Assembly (NCBI GenBank): GCA_963753085.1
Contig: CAVWBF010000020.1
Coordinates: 365 to 64,364, forward strand
Direction: 5' to 3'
From: an uncultured Spirochaetota bacterium
GTDB taxonomy: Bacteria > Spirochaetota > Spirochaetia > SZUA-6 > Fen-1364
Length of the DNA stretch: 64,000 nucleotides
Shown here: positions 47,746-57,289 of the stretch, one piece after another
Numbering within the stretch: the stretch's first letter is position 1
How the letters are laid out: the number at the start of each line of letters is the position of its first letter
The notes under the pieces: generated by a model
Told to the model about the DNA's origin: nothing
Databases searched by the model: none
The model's input: the letters and a program-made list of their open reading frames with translations, nothing else
Program-made: the position numbers and the translations under genes

Positions 47746-50700
47746 GTGGCGGAGCAGGGAGCGCAGGCGGGAAGCGCAAAGGACGAGGCGGCTGCGGTCT
47801 GGGAAGAGGATGTCGTCATCCCGACCTACCAGGCCGGAGAGCCGGATCCGAACCCGATGTTCCTGGAGAAGCGGGTGTACCAGGGCTCCTCGGGGGCGGT
47901 CTTTCCCCTGCCGGTCATCGACCGGCTGTCCGACGAAAAGACGGACAGGAAATACCGCGCGGTCTTTCTCGAGAATGAGTACCTGAAGATCATGATCCTG
48001 CCCGAGCTCGGCGGCAGGGTCCAGATGGCGTACGCCAAGGCACTCGATTACCACTTTGTCTACTACAACCGCGTCATCAAGCCCGCCCTCGTCGGCCTTG
48101 CGGGACCCTGGATTGCGGGGGGAATCGAGCTCAACTGGCCCCAGCACCACAGGCCCAGCACGTTCCTGCCCGTGGATTATGCAATCGAAAAAGCCGACGA
48201 CGGCAGGGCAACCGTGTGCCTGGGGGAGATCGACCGGATGCACGGCACGAAAAGCCTGGCCCGGCTCTCGTTGTACCCCGGCAAGGCGTTCCTGCAGATC
48301 TCCGTGCGCCTGTGGAACCCGACTCTCCTTCCCCAGACTTTTCTCTGGTGGGCCAATCCCGCGGTGCATGCAAACGATCAATACCAGTCGATCTTTCCGC
48401 CAGATGTGCACGCGGTCTTCGACCACGGAAAGCGCGAAGTCTCGCGGTTCCCCGTCGCGACAGGCACCTACTACAGGGTGGATTATTCGGCCGGCGTCGA
48501 CATCTCGTGGTACCGGAATATCCCGGTGCCGACCTCGTACATGGCGTATCACTCCGATTACGACTTTGTCGGCGGATACGATCACGGGAGAAAGGCCGGC
48601 ATCCTCCACGTGGCTGACCACCATGTGTCTCCGGGAAAAAAACTGTGGACATGGGGCAACGGTGATTTCGCAAAGGCCTGGGAGAGGAACCTCACCGACA
48701 ATGACGGGCCCTACATCGAGCTGATGACCGGGGTCTTCACGGACAACCAGCCCGATTTCTCCTGGCTCGAGCCGGGGGAGGAGAAAAGCTTTACGCAGAG
48801 CTTTCTTCCGTACTCCGGAATCGGGATGGTGAAGAACGCCTCCCGGGACGCCGCGATCGCTCTTGACAGGAGCGGCGGCGCGGCCACCGTCGGGGTGTAT
48901 TCCACATCCCGCCGTGCCTGGCGTGTGGTCCTGACGGCGATGCCCGAGGCTGCCGGGCCCAAGGCCGCCGGGCCCGTCACGGTCTGCCTCGACACGGTGG
49001 TCGAAATCAAGCCCGAAAGCCCGTTCATCACGAGCGTGCCTGTGCCGCCGAGCACGCCGCAGTCTGCGCTTTCCCTTTCAGTCCGGTCCGTGGATGGCGA
49101 GGTAGTGCTTTCCTACTCTCCGCGGGAAGAAACCGCAGAACAGATCCCCGAACCCGCCAGGCCGGCGCCCCTGCCATCTGAGGTGAAAAGCCAGGAAGAG
49201 CTCTACTTGATCGGGCTCCACCTCGAACAGTACAGGCACGCGACATTCCGGCCTGACGACTACTATGCGGAGGCGCTTGCGCGGGACCCGGGCGACTCGC
49301 GGTGCAACCTGGCGATGGGACTTCTGTTCCTGCGCCGCGGTGACTTTGCGGGAAGCGAGCAGTACTTCCGCACGTCCATCGAGCGCCTCTACATGAAGAA
49401 TCCCAATCCGCAAACCGGCGCGCCGCATCTCTACCTGGGATGCTCGCTCGAGCTGCGGGACAGGGCGGCGGAGGCGGAAGAGGCGTACTTCAAGTCGACA
49501 TGGAGCGCGGACTGCCGCGCAGCGGCTTTCGCCGGTCTGGCACGATGCGCAATGAGGCGTGGAGATTTTCCGGCCGCCCTTCAACGCGCGAACGCGTCCC
49601 TTGCCGCAAATCCCCGAAACCCCGGGGTCCGCTGCATCAGATCCATGGCTCTTCGGAAGCTCGGCATGTCAAGCGAGGCGCTTGAAGAAACAGAAGCCGT
49701 TCTCGCAGAGGATCCGCTGAGCTTCCTTGCCCGTCACGAGAAAGAGCTGGCAATTCGGAGCGTGCGGGGCGCCTCAGCCGCGCCGGGGGAAATCATCTCC
49801 GCCGCGCCCTGCCACATGGGTGACGCGGTCCTGACCAGCATCGCAATTGCCGGCGCGTACGTCGCCTGCGGGCTTTTCGAGGAAGCCGCCGCCGCGCTGA
49901 GGGCGGCCGTCCCCGAGAGCGCGGATGCGCGCGTCAACCCGCACCTGCTCTTCTGGCTGGGATACTGCCACGAGCGGATGGGCAATCGTGAGGAGGCCAT
50001 GCACTGGATCCGCCGGGCAGACTCTCTTCCGCAGGGCTCCTGGTTCGCCGCCGCCATCGAGGCCATCCCTGTGCTGGAGACCGCCGCGGAGCTGTTCCCC
50101 GCGGGGGCGCGCGCTTCCTACCACCTGGGCAACCTCTTCTACGCAAGCCGGCGCGTGGAGAAGGCGGTGGCCGAATGGGAGCGCGCAAAGGCGGTTGATC
50201 CGAGCTTCCCGACGGTCCGGCGAAACCTCGCCCTTGCCGCGTTCAACAAGCAGGGAGACCCTGAGCGCGCCCAGGCAGAGCTTGAACAGGCATTCCTCCT
50301 GGATCCCGCGGACGCCCGCCTGCTCATGGAGCTCGACCTGCTCCTGAAAAAGCGAGGCATGAGTCCGGACGAGCGGCACGCCCGGCTCGGCCGGCACCAG
50401 GACCTGGTCCGCCAGCGCGACGACCTTTCCGTTGAATGGGTTTCGCTTCTTAATCTCCGGGGGGACTACCGCGGCGCCCTTGATTTCATGGAGAAGCGGA
50501 TCTTTCATCCCTGGGAAGGGGGGGAGGGAAAGGTGACGCGCCAGTACACTTCGGCGCTGCTGGGCTTGAGCCGGGAGGCACTCGGCAGGGGGGAAGCAAC
50601 AGCTTCGGTCGGGCTGGCTCGACGGGCCCTCGAGTACCCAGTGAACCTGGGAGAAGGAAGGCTTCCAGGCGCGATTCCCAACGATGTCTACTATTATCTT

Positions 50701-51156
50701 GGCTGCGCCCAGGAAGCTGCCCGGGACATCGCCGGCTCGCGGGACTCCCTGGAGCGCGCCTCGAGCGGGGAGAAAGAGCCTGCCATCTCGATGTACTACA
50801 ACGACCAGCCCGCGGACATGATCTTTTTCCAGGGGCTTGCGTTTGCGCGCCTGGGCCAGGACCGCGAGGCGCGCGGGAGATTCGATTGCCTGATCGAGTA
50901 CGCTGAGGGTAACCGCAACCGAACGGTGACAATCGACTATTTTGCCGTCTCGCTTCCGGACATGCAGATCTTCGATGACGACCTGTCCCGGCGAAACCGG
51001 ATATTCTGCACGTACATCCAGGCGCTGGGCTGGCTCGGCAGGGAGGACCAGGAAAAAGCGGTCGGCTCCTTGGAGGAGGTCCTGAAGGAAGATCCCTCTC
51101 ACGCCGGGGCTGCCGATATTCTCCGGCTGATTCGAAGCGGCTGGCGTTTTTCGTGA
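47746..51156 (+). CDS. DUF5107-domain TPR protein
   Basis: N-terminal LENEYLKIMILPELGGR, GGIELNWPQHHRP and LWTWG followed by many TPR-like helices. GTG start behind GAGAGGGGG. Confidence 0.8.
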   Translation: MAEQGAQAGSAKDEAAAVWEEDVVIPTYQAGEPDPNPMFLEKRVYQGSSGAVFPLPVIDRLSDEKTDRKYRAVFLENEYLKIMILPELGGRVQMAYAKALDYHFVYYNRVIKPALVGLAGPWIAGGIELNWPQHHRPSTFLPVDYAIEKADDGRATVCLGEIDRMHGTKSLARLSLYPGKAFLQISVRLWNPTLLPQTFLWWANPAVHANDQYQSIFPPDVHAVFDHGKREVSRFPVATGTYYRVDYSAGVDISWYRNIPVPTSYMAYHSDYDFVGGYDHGRKAGILHVADHHVSPGKKLWTWGNGDFAKAWERNLTDNDGPYIELMTGVFTDNQPDFSWLEPGEEKSFTQSFLPYSGIGMVKNASRDAAIALDRSGGAATVGVYSTSRRAWRVVLTAMPEAAGPKAAGPVTVCLDTVVEIKPESPFITSVPVPPSTPQSALSLSVRSVDGEVVLSYSPREETAEQIPEPARPAPLPSEVKSQEELYLIGLHLEQYRHATFRPDDYYAEALARDPGDSRCNLAMGLLFLRRGDFAGSEQYFRTSIERLYMKNPNPQTGAPHLYLGCSLELRDRAAEAEEAYFKSTWSADCRAAAFAGLARCAMRRGDFPAALQRANASLAANPRNPGVRCIRSMALRKLGMSSEALEETEAVLAEDPLSFLARHEKELAIRSVRGASAAPGEIISAAPCHMGDAVLTSIAIAGAYVACGLFEEAAAALRAAVPESADARVNPHLLFWLGYCHERMGNREEAMHWIRRADSLPQGSWFAAAIEAIPVLETAAELFPAGARASYHLGNLFYASRRVEKAVAEWERAKAVDPSFPTVRRNLALAAFNKQGDPERAQAELEQAFLLDPADARLLMELDLLLKKRGMSPDERHARLGRHQDLVRQRDDLSVEWVSLLNLRGDYRGALDFMEKRIFHPWEGGEGKVTRQYTSALLGLSREALGRGEATASVGLARRALEYPVNLGEGRLPGAIPNDVYYYLGCAQEAARDIAGSRDSLERASSGEKEPAISMYYNDQPADMIFFQGLAFARLGQDREARGRFDCLIEYAEGNRNRTVTIDYFAVSLPDMQIFDDDLSRRNRIFCTYIQALGWLGREDQEKAVGSLEEVLKEDPSHAGAADILRLIRSGWRFS

Positions 51157-51250
51157 AGAAGCCGTACAATCGCGAAATTGCGCGTACGGCCCGCTGGGTC
51201 ATGAGCAACGGGGGACCGCCCGCGCTCTCGCAATCGACGGGAGGAAAAGG

Positions 51251-51460
51251 ATGAACGGAGTTGGCGCAAGGGTCGCAGGGGTGATAGCGCTGGTGCTGTC
51301 AGCGGGCTCGATCGCCGCTGGTTTCCTGAATCGTGCCCATCATCCGCGCCGTTTCATCGGCTTCATTGTTCTTTTCGCTGTCTTCCTGATTGCCGGGATC
51401 ATCCTGCTCGTCATGAGCGGGAGGCGCGGCGCCGGGAGCGCCCCACCAGCTTCCCGATGA
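51251..51460 (+). CDS. Small two-TM membrane protein
   Basis: 69 aa with two hydrophobic helices and a GGAGG RBS. Confidence 0.55.
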   Translation: MNGVGARVAGVIALVLSAGSIAAGFLNRAHHPRRFIGFIVLFAVFLIAGIILLVMSGRRGAGSAPPASR

Positions 51461-51657
51461 CCGCCTGGCTGGGAGCCTGGGTCGGCTGGGGCTGGGGGAT
51501 CGCATTCATCGTCTGGCTTCTCGGCAGCGCCTTCGTGCTCGTTTTCGTCGACAAGCTTTTTCGCAGCCGAATGTCCACGGCAGTGGTCATGGTGGTGTGG
51601 ACGGTCCTTCTCCTGGCAGCCACGACGCGCCTGGTTGGTTTGAAGCCGCCCGGGTAA
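51457..51657 (+). CDS. Small two-TM membrane protein
   Basis: 66 aa, Trp-rich and hydrophobic; ATGA overlap with the previous ORF. Confidence 0.5.
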   Translation: MTAWLGAWVGWGWGIAFIVWLLGSAFVLVFVDKLFRSRMSTAVVMVVWTVLLLAATTRLVGLKPPG

Positions 51658-51674
51658 GGCCGCTGGGCGCCCCC

Positions 51675-53252
51675 CTAAGCGTTTCCGTTGGCGAAGTTGT
51701 TGTAGTAGTACTCCAGGCCGTCGATGAGAGCCTGCCAGGATGCCTCGATGATGTTCTCATCCACGCCTACGGTGTCCCATGACTGCTCGCCGTCGGAGGT
51801 CGTGATGAAGACCCGCACGCGTGCCGCGGTGGCTTTCTCCGGGTTCAGCACCCGCACGCGGTAGTCGGTGAGCTTCAGCTTCTTCAGGAACGGGTGCAGC
51901 GGAAGAAGGGCGTCCCGCAGGGCCGCGCTCAGGGTGTCCACAGGACCGTCACCGACGCCCGCCCCCATCAGGAGATTGCCGTTCACTCGCACGAAAATCC
52001 TTCCCACGCTCTTGGGCGGCGTCCCGGCCGCCTTGTAGTTCTCCAGGTGGTAGTTGCTCAGATCCAGGAGCGGCGTGTACGTCTTCAGGACCTTCCTCAT
52101 GACGAGGTCAAACGACGCTTCGGCGGCCTCGTACTCGTAGCCTTTCTCCTCGAGGTGCTTCAGCTCCTCCAGGAGCCTTGTCACCTCGGCAGAGCCCTTG
52201 TCGAAGTCCCCGTAGCGGGAAAGCTTCTTGATGATCGTCGACTTGCCGGCCAGCTCCGAAAGGAGCACCCGCCTCTCGTTGCCAACGAGGGCGCCGTCGA
52301 TGTGCTCCATGAGATGCGGCGCCTTGCTGATGACATCCGCGTGCTGGCCTGCCTTGTGGGAAAAAGCCGCCTCCCCGACGTACGGCCATCGCTTCTCGGG
52401 AATGATGTTCGCCTTCTCCGCGACGAACCGGGAGAGCGTGGTGAGATGTTTCAGGTTGGCGCATGCCGTGGCATCGCGCCCTGCCTTGAGGCAAAGGGTG
52501 GGGATCAGGATGCAGAGGTTCAGGTTGCCGCACCGCTCGCCCCAGCCGTTGATCGTTCCCTGGACGTGGATGGCCCCGCGGTCCACGGCGGCAAGCGCGT
52601 TTGCCACGGCGTTTCCCGTGTCGTCGTGGAAATGCACGCCGATGGGCCCGAGCTCCGCGCGAGGCAGCTCGTCCATGATCCGCGCAACCTCGGCGGGCAG
52701 CGTACCCCCGTTGGTGTCGCACAGGACCAGGCAGTCCGCCCCTGACTCGCGGCCCGCCCTCAGGACCCGCAGGGCATACGCAGGGTCGTCCTTGTACCCG
52801 TCGAAGAAGTGCTCCAGGTCGAAGAAGACCTCCCGCCCTTCCTTCTTCAAGGTGCACAGCGAGTCGGAGATCATGGCAATGTTTTCCTCGTCCGTGGTGC
52901 CGAGCACGTGCTTCACATGCGCCCGCCATGTCTTGCCCACCACGATGACCGTCGGTGTCTCAGCGTTCAGAAGCGCCGCTATCTGCGGATCGGAGGCCGC
53001 CTTCCCGCCGGCCTTCCGCGTGGAGCCGAACGCCACGACCCGGGCGTGGCGCAGTTTCTCCTTTTTCATTCTCTGGAAGAACTCGGCTTCCTTGCGGTTG
53101 GAAAGCGGGAACCCACCTTCGATATAATCGATGCCGAACTCGTCCATGGTCAGCGCGATCTGGATCTTGTCCTGCAGGGTGTAGTTGATCCCCTGGCCCT
53201 GCATGCCGTCGCGGAGAGTCGTATCGTAGATCTGGACCCTGTCGTGTGCCAT
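51675..53252 (-). CDS. cimA: Citramalate synthase
   Basis: IYDTTLRDGMQGQG, GIDYIEGGFP, LCDTNGG and GTINGWGERCGN; C-terminal WDTVGVDENIIEASW. Confidence 0.82.
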   Translation of the reverse strand: MAHDRVQIYDTTLRDGMQGQGINYTLQDKIQIALTMDEFGIDYIEGGFPLSNRKEAEFFQRMKKEKLRHARVVAFGSTRKAGGKAASDPQIAALLNAETPTVIVVGKTWRAHVKHVLGTTDEENIAMISDSLCTLKKEGREVFFDLEHFFDGYKDDPAYALRVLRAGRESGADCLVLCDTNGGTLPAEVARIMDELPRAELGPIGVHFHDDTGNAVANALAAVDRGAIHVQGTINGWGERCGNLNLCILIPTLCLKAGRDATACANLKHLTTLSRFVAEKANIIPEKRWPYVGEAAFSHKAGQHADVISKAPHLMEHIDGALVGNERRVLLSELAGKSTIIKKLSRYGDFDKGSAEVTRLLEELKHLEEKGYEYEAAEASFDLVMRKVLKTYTPLLDLSNYHLENYKAAGTPPKSVGRIFVRVNGNLLMGAGVGDGPVDTLSAALRDALLPLHPFLKKLKLTDYRVRVLNPEKATAARVRVFITTSDGEQSWDTVGVDENIIEASWQALIDGLEYYYNNFANGNA

Positions 53253-53336
53253 CACGCATGTCTCCCCTGGTGCGCCAAAAGATAGTGAATCCACCCTCCG
53301 TGTTCCACATTTTCTTTACGCGCCGGGTCCTGGATT

Positions 53337-54884
53337 TCAGACAACCTCATTTCCGTCACAGCTCCCCTTCCTGGCCGCCAGGTACGCTTTCCACCGGTTC
53401 AGCGCGTTCACGTACGCCCGGGCGCTTGCCTCCAGGATGTCCGTGGAGGCTCCGCGTCCCACGAACTTCCTTCCGTCGATCTCCACGGAGGTGCTTACTT
53501 CCCCGATTGCCTGCTTGCCGGGAGTGACGGCCTGGACCACGTACTCCAGGAGCTTTGTCGACACCCCGAGTGACCTGTCGATGGCGTTGAAAATGGCGTC
53601 CACCGGCCCATCGCCCGTTGCCGCCTCCTCGAAGCGCTCGCTTCCGGCGATGATCCTCACCGTCGCGGTTGGAACGGCGAGGTTCCCCGACTGGATGTTG
53701 AAGTAATCCAGGCTGTAGGTTTCCGTCTCGTGGCCCAGCTCATCCGCCACGATGACGTACAGGTCGTCGTCGTAGACTTCCTTCTTGCGGTCCGCGATGA
53801 CAAGGAACCTCTCGTACGCCTTCTTCAGCTCGTCCTCGCTCAAGGCGATGCCAAGCTCAGCCAGGCGGTTTCGAAACCCGTGGAGGCCGGAGTGACGGCC
53901 CAGCACGAGCTGGCTGGCGTCACGGCCCACCGATTCGGGAGTCATGATCTCATAGGTCTCCCTCTTTTTCAGAACGCCGTCCTGGTGGATCCCCGATTCG
54001 TGCGCGAACGCGTTCTCCCCGGTGATGGGCTTGTTCCGCGGGATGGGGAACCCGATGGTGTTTGCCAGCAGGCGCGAGGAGTTGTAGATCTGCTTCGTGT
54101 TGACGCCGGTGGTGAAGGGCAGTCGGTCCCTGCGAACCGTGAGGGCCATGACGAACTCCTCCAGGGAGGCGTTGCCCGCCCGCTCGCCGATGCCGTTGAT
54201 CGTCACCTCCACCTGCCGGGCCCCGGCCAGGACGGCGGCAACGGAGTTGGCAACGGCGAGGCCGAGGTCGTTGTGGCAGTGGACGGACACCACCGCTTTC
54301 CCGATATTCGGCGTCCCCGCAAAGATCTTTTTCAGGAAATCCGAGAACTCGTCCGGCACCGCGTACCCCACGGTGTCCGGGATATTGATGACCCGCGCCC
54401 CGGCGTCGATCACCTTCTCAATGATCCTGCAGAGAAAGGGGATCTCGCTTCGCGTCGCGTCCTCGGGAGAAAACTCCACTTCCGCCACCTTGTTTCGCGC
54501 GTAGCGAACGGCGCTCACCGCCATTGCCAGCACGTCGTCCGGCTCCTTGCGGAGCTTGAACTGCATGTGGATGGGAGAGGTCGCGATGAAAGTATGCACG
54601 CGCGGGTGCTCCGCGTCATGCACGGATTCCGCGGCGGTGTCGATGTCCTTCTCCAGGGCTCTTGCCAGGGCCGCGATGGTGCATCCCTTCACCTGCCGGG
54701 CTATCAGCTTGCACCCTTCGAACTGGTGCGGAGAAGAGACGGGGAAGCCCGCCTCTATCACGTCGACTCCGAGGCGCCCGAGCTGCAGGGCCATCTCCAG
54801 CTTCTGCTCCACGCTCATGGAGGCGCCCGGCGACTGTTCTCCGTCACGCAGCGTCGTATCGAAAATTTGAATCCGCTCCATCAC
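53337..54884 (-). CDS. leuA: 2-isopropylmalate synthase
   Basis: IFDTTLRDGEQSPG, HCHNDLG, GIGERAGNA, HESGIHQDG and GDGPVDA. Confidence 0.93.
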   Translation of the reverse strand: MMERIQIFDTTLRDGEQSPGASMSVEQKLEMALQLGRLGVDVIEAGFPVSSPHQFEGCKLIARQVKGCTIAALARALEKDIDTAAESVHDAEHPRVHTFIATSPIHMQFKLRKEPDDVLAMAVSAVRYARNKVAEVEFSPEDATRSEIPFLCRIIEKVIDAGARVINIPDTVGYAVPDEFSDFLKKIFAGTPNIGKAVVSVHCHNDLGLAVANSVAAVLAGARQVEVTINGIGERAGNASLEEFVMALTVRRDRLPFTTGVNTKQIYNSSRLLANTIGFPIPRNKPITGENAFAHESGIHQDGVLKKRETYEIMTPESVGRDASQLVLGRHSGLHGFRNRLAELGIALSEDELKKAYERFLVIADRKKEVYDDDLYVIVADELGHETETYSLDYFNIQSGNLAVPTATVRIIAGSERFEEAATGDGPVDAIFNAIDRSLGVSTKLLEYVVQAVTPGKQAIGEVSTSVEIDGRKFVGRGASTDILEASARAYVNALNRWKAYLAARKGSCDGNEVV

Positions 54885-55435
54885 ACTCTCTCCTTTCCTT
54901 CCCGGCTCCGACCGCCTCGTGCCGCCCGGCGGACGGGCGCGGTGCCCGGTGCGGGAGCCTTCCTGCTTCGCTCCAGCGAGACGAGCCCGCTTCGCGCCAT
55001 TTCCACCAGGCCGTAGGGCATGAGAAGGGCTGTGAAATCGTCGATTTTCTCCGTTGCGCCGGTGAGCTCCAGGGACATCGTGTCGTAACCGACATCCATG
55101 ACCTGCGCCTTGAACACGTCTGCCACCTGGAAGATCTCTCCCCGCTGTGAGGGCCGGGCGGTCACCTTGATCAGGAGAAGCTCGCGGTGGAGCGCGGGCA
55201 GCCCCGTGAGATCAGTCACGCGGATGACGTCGATCAGCCTGTTGAGCTGTTTCTTGATCTGCTCCACGACGAGGTCGTCTCCCTGGCAGGCCAGGGTGAT
55301 CCTTGTCACCGTGGGATCCGCGGTGGTCCCGGCAGTGATGCTCTCCAGGTTGTAGCCGCGGCCCGAGAAGAGTCCCGCGATCCGCGCCAGGACGCCCTGC
55401 TTGTTTTCAACCAGCATCGTCATGATGTGTTTCAC
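54881..55435 (-). CDS. ilvN: Acetolactate synthase small subunit
   Basis: LVENKQGVLARIAGLFSGRGYNLES and QIKKQLNRLIDV. Confidence 0.93.
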   Translation of the reverse strand: MKHIMTMLVENKQGVLARIAGLFSGRGYNLESITAGTTADPTVTRITLACQGDDLVVEQIKKQLNRLIDVIRVTDLTGLPALHRELLLIKVTARPSQRGEIFQVADVFKAQVMDVGYDTMSLELTGATEKIDDFTALLMPYGLVEMARSGLVSLERSRKAPAPGTAPVRRAARGGRSREGKERV

Positions 55436-55564
55436 TGCCTTGCCCCTCGCAATCCATGTCTAACGGGCTCGCTTTCGGCCATCCAACCCCACGGGGTACC
55501 GCGTTCGCGCGGAACGCGTACTCGCGTACCGTGGGAGGGCCTCGCTCGCCCTCGCCATCCATGG

Positions 55565-57289
55565 CTACGCATTCATCATCTCATCAATTCCCGCGCCGGC
55601 GGGGACCATGGGCCACACGTTTGCCTCCCGGGAAATCCTGAAGTCCAGGAAGACGGGACGGTCAGTGATCCTGGCAGCCTCCGCGAGGGCCGGCTCGATC
55701 TCGGACGGCTGCAGGATCCGCATGCCGGCGGCCCCGTATGCCTGCGCGAGCTTCACGAAATCCGGCGAGTAGGGCGGACAGGCTCCCCCGGGCGAGGCGC
55801 AATCCGGGGGGCAGTCGACAGCGCGATTGAGGCAGACTCCCGAATAGCGTCGGGCGTGAAAAGACTCCTGCCACTGGCGGACCATTCCCAGGTAACCGTT
55901 GTTGAGGATGGCAACGATGACCGGCACTTTCTCCGCCACCGCGGTGCCGAGCTCCTGGATGTTCATCTGGATGGAGCCGTCCCCCGCGATATCGATGACG
56001 CGTCTGTCCGGGTTGCCGAGCTGCGCGCCAATTGCCGCCGGGAATCCGTACCCCATTGTGCCCAGGCCTCCGGAGGTGAGGAACGTCCGAGGCTCGTGGA
56101 AATCGTAGTACTGCGCCGTCCACATCTGGTTCTGCCCCACTTCGGTGGTGACGATGGCGCTGGGGAATGCCTTCGCAATGGCACGGATGACCTGGCTGGG
56201 CGAAAGTCCGCCGTTGCCAGGGACATCCGCGAGAGGATGCGTGCGCATCCAGTCCTCTGTCTGCGCCTGCCATGCCGCAATTTCCGGCGCTCGTGCGATA
56301 GGCAGGAAATCCTCCAGGAACAGCCGCGCGTCCGCGACGATGGGCACCTCCACCTGCACATTCCGAGCGATGGAGGCCGGATCGATATCCACGTGCACCA
56401 CGGCGGCATGGGGAGCAAAAGTCTTGAGGTTGCCAGTGGCGCGGTCATCGAAACGCGAGCCGATGGCGAACAGGAGGTCGCAGTTCTGCACGGCCATGTT
56501 TGCGGCGTACGTCCCGTGCATGCCCAGCATGCCGAGGAATCTCGGGTTGTCGCTGGGCAGGGCACTGATGCCCATGAGGGAGGCGACCACCGGCACCCCC
56601 GTTCGGGCCACGAGCTCACGGAAGAGCATGGCGCCGCCGGAGATCGTGAGTCCGCCGCCCGCGTAGAAAAGCGGCTTCTTCGAGGCCGCCAGCACCTCGG
56701 CTGCTTTGCGGATCTGCAGGGGATGGCCGCGATAGACGGGGTTGTACCCGCGGATGGACACGGTCTCCGGGAGAGGCTCATCAGAGGCTTCCGTGAGGAC
56801 GTCCTTAGGCACGTCCACGAGGACCGGTCCCGGACGACCCGTCCTGGCAATGTGAAACGCCTCCCTCAGGATGCGCCCGAGGTCCTTCCTGTCCGTCACG
56901 AGGTAGTTGTGCTTCGTGACGGAACGGGAGATGCCGACGATATCCGCTTCCTGGAACGCATCGTTTCCGATCATGTTGCGCGACACCTGGCCGCTGATGA
57001 CGACAAGGGGAACGGAATCGAAGTTCGCCGTGGCAAGGCCGGTGACGGTGTTCGTGGCCCCCGGGCCGCTCGTCACGAGGCACACGCCGACGCGCCCGGT
57101 GGACCGCGCGTAGCCGTCGGCCGCGTGGACGGCGCCCTGCTCGTGCCGGGCCAGGACAAGCCGTATGGCCCTCTCCCCGTACAGGGCGTCGAACGCCGGT
57201 ATGACCACTCCGCCGGGAAAACCGAAGAGGATCTCGACCTTTTCCGCTTTCAGGGCCTCAATGAGAAGAGCGGACCCCGTGCGCTTCAT
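55565..57289 (-). CDS. ilvB: Acetolactate synthase large subunit
   Basis: FGFPGG, RHEQGA, TSGPGATN, GRPGPV, TSGGLGTMG and GDGSIQMN. Confidence 0.94.
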   Translation of the reverse strand: MKRTGSALLIEALKAEKVEILFGFPGGVVIPAFDALYGERAIRLVLARHEQGAVHAADGYARSTGRVGVCLVTSGPGATNTVTGLATANFDSVPLVVISGQVSRNMIGNDAFQEADIVGISRSVTKHNYLVTDRKDLGRILREAFHIARTGRPGPVLVDVPKDVLTEASDEPLPETVSIRGYNPVYRGHPLQIRKAAEVLAASKKPLFYAGGGLTISGGAMLFRELVARTGVPVVASLMGISALPSDNPRFLGMLGMHGTYAANMAVQNCDLLFAIGSRFDDRATGNLKTFAPHAAVVHVDIDPASIARNVQVEVPIVADARLFLEDFLPIARAPEIAAWQAQTEDWMRTHPLADVPGNGGLSPSQVIRAIAKAFPSAIVTTEVGQNQMWTAQYYDFHEPRTFLTSGGLGTMGYGFPAAIGAQLGNPDRRVIDIAGDGSIQMNIQELGTAVAEKVPVIVAILNNGYLGMVRQWQESFHARRYSGVCLNRAVDCPPDCASPGGACPPYSPDFVKLAQAYGAAGMRILQPSEIEPALAEAARITDRPVFLDFRISREANVWPMVPAGAGIDEMMNA

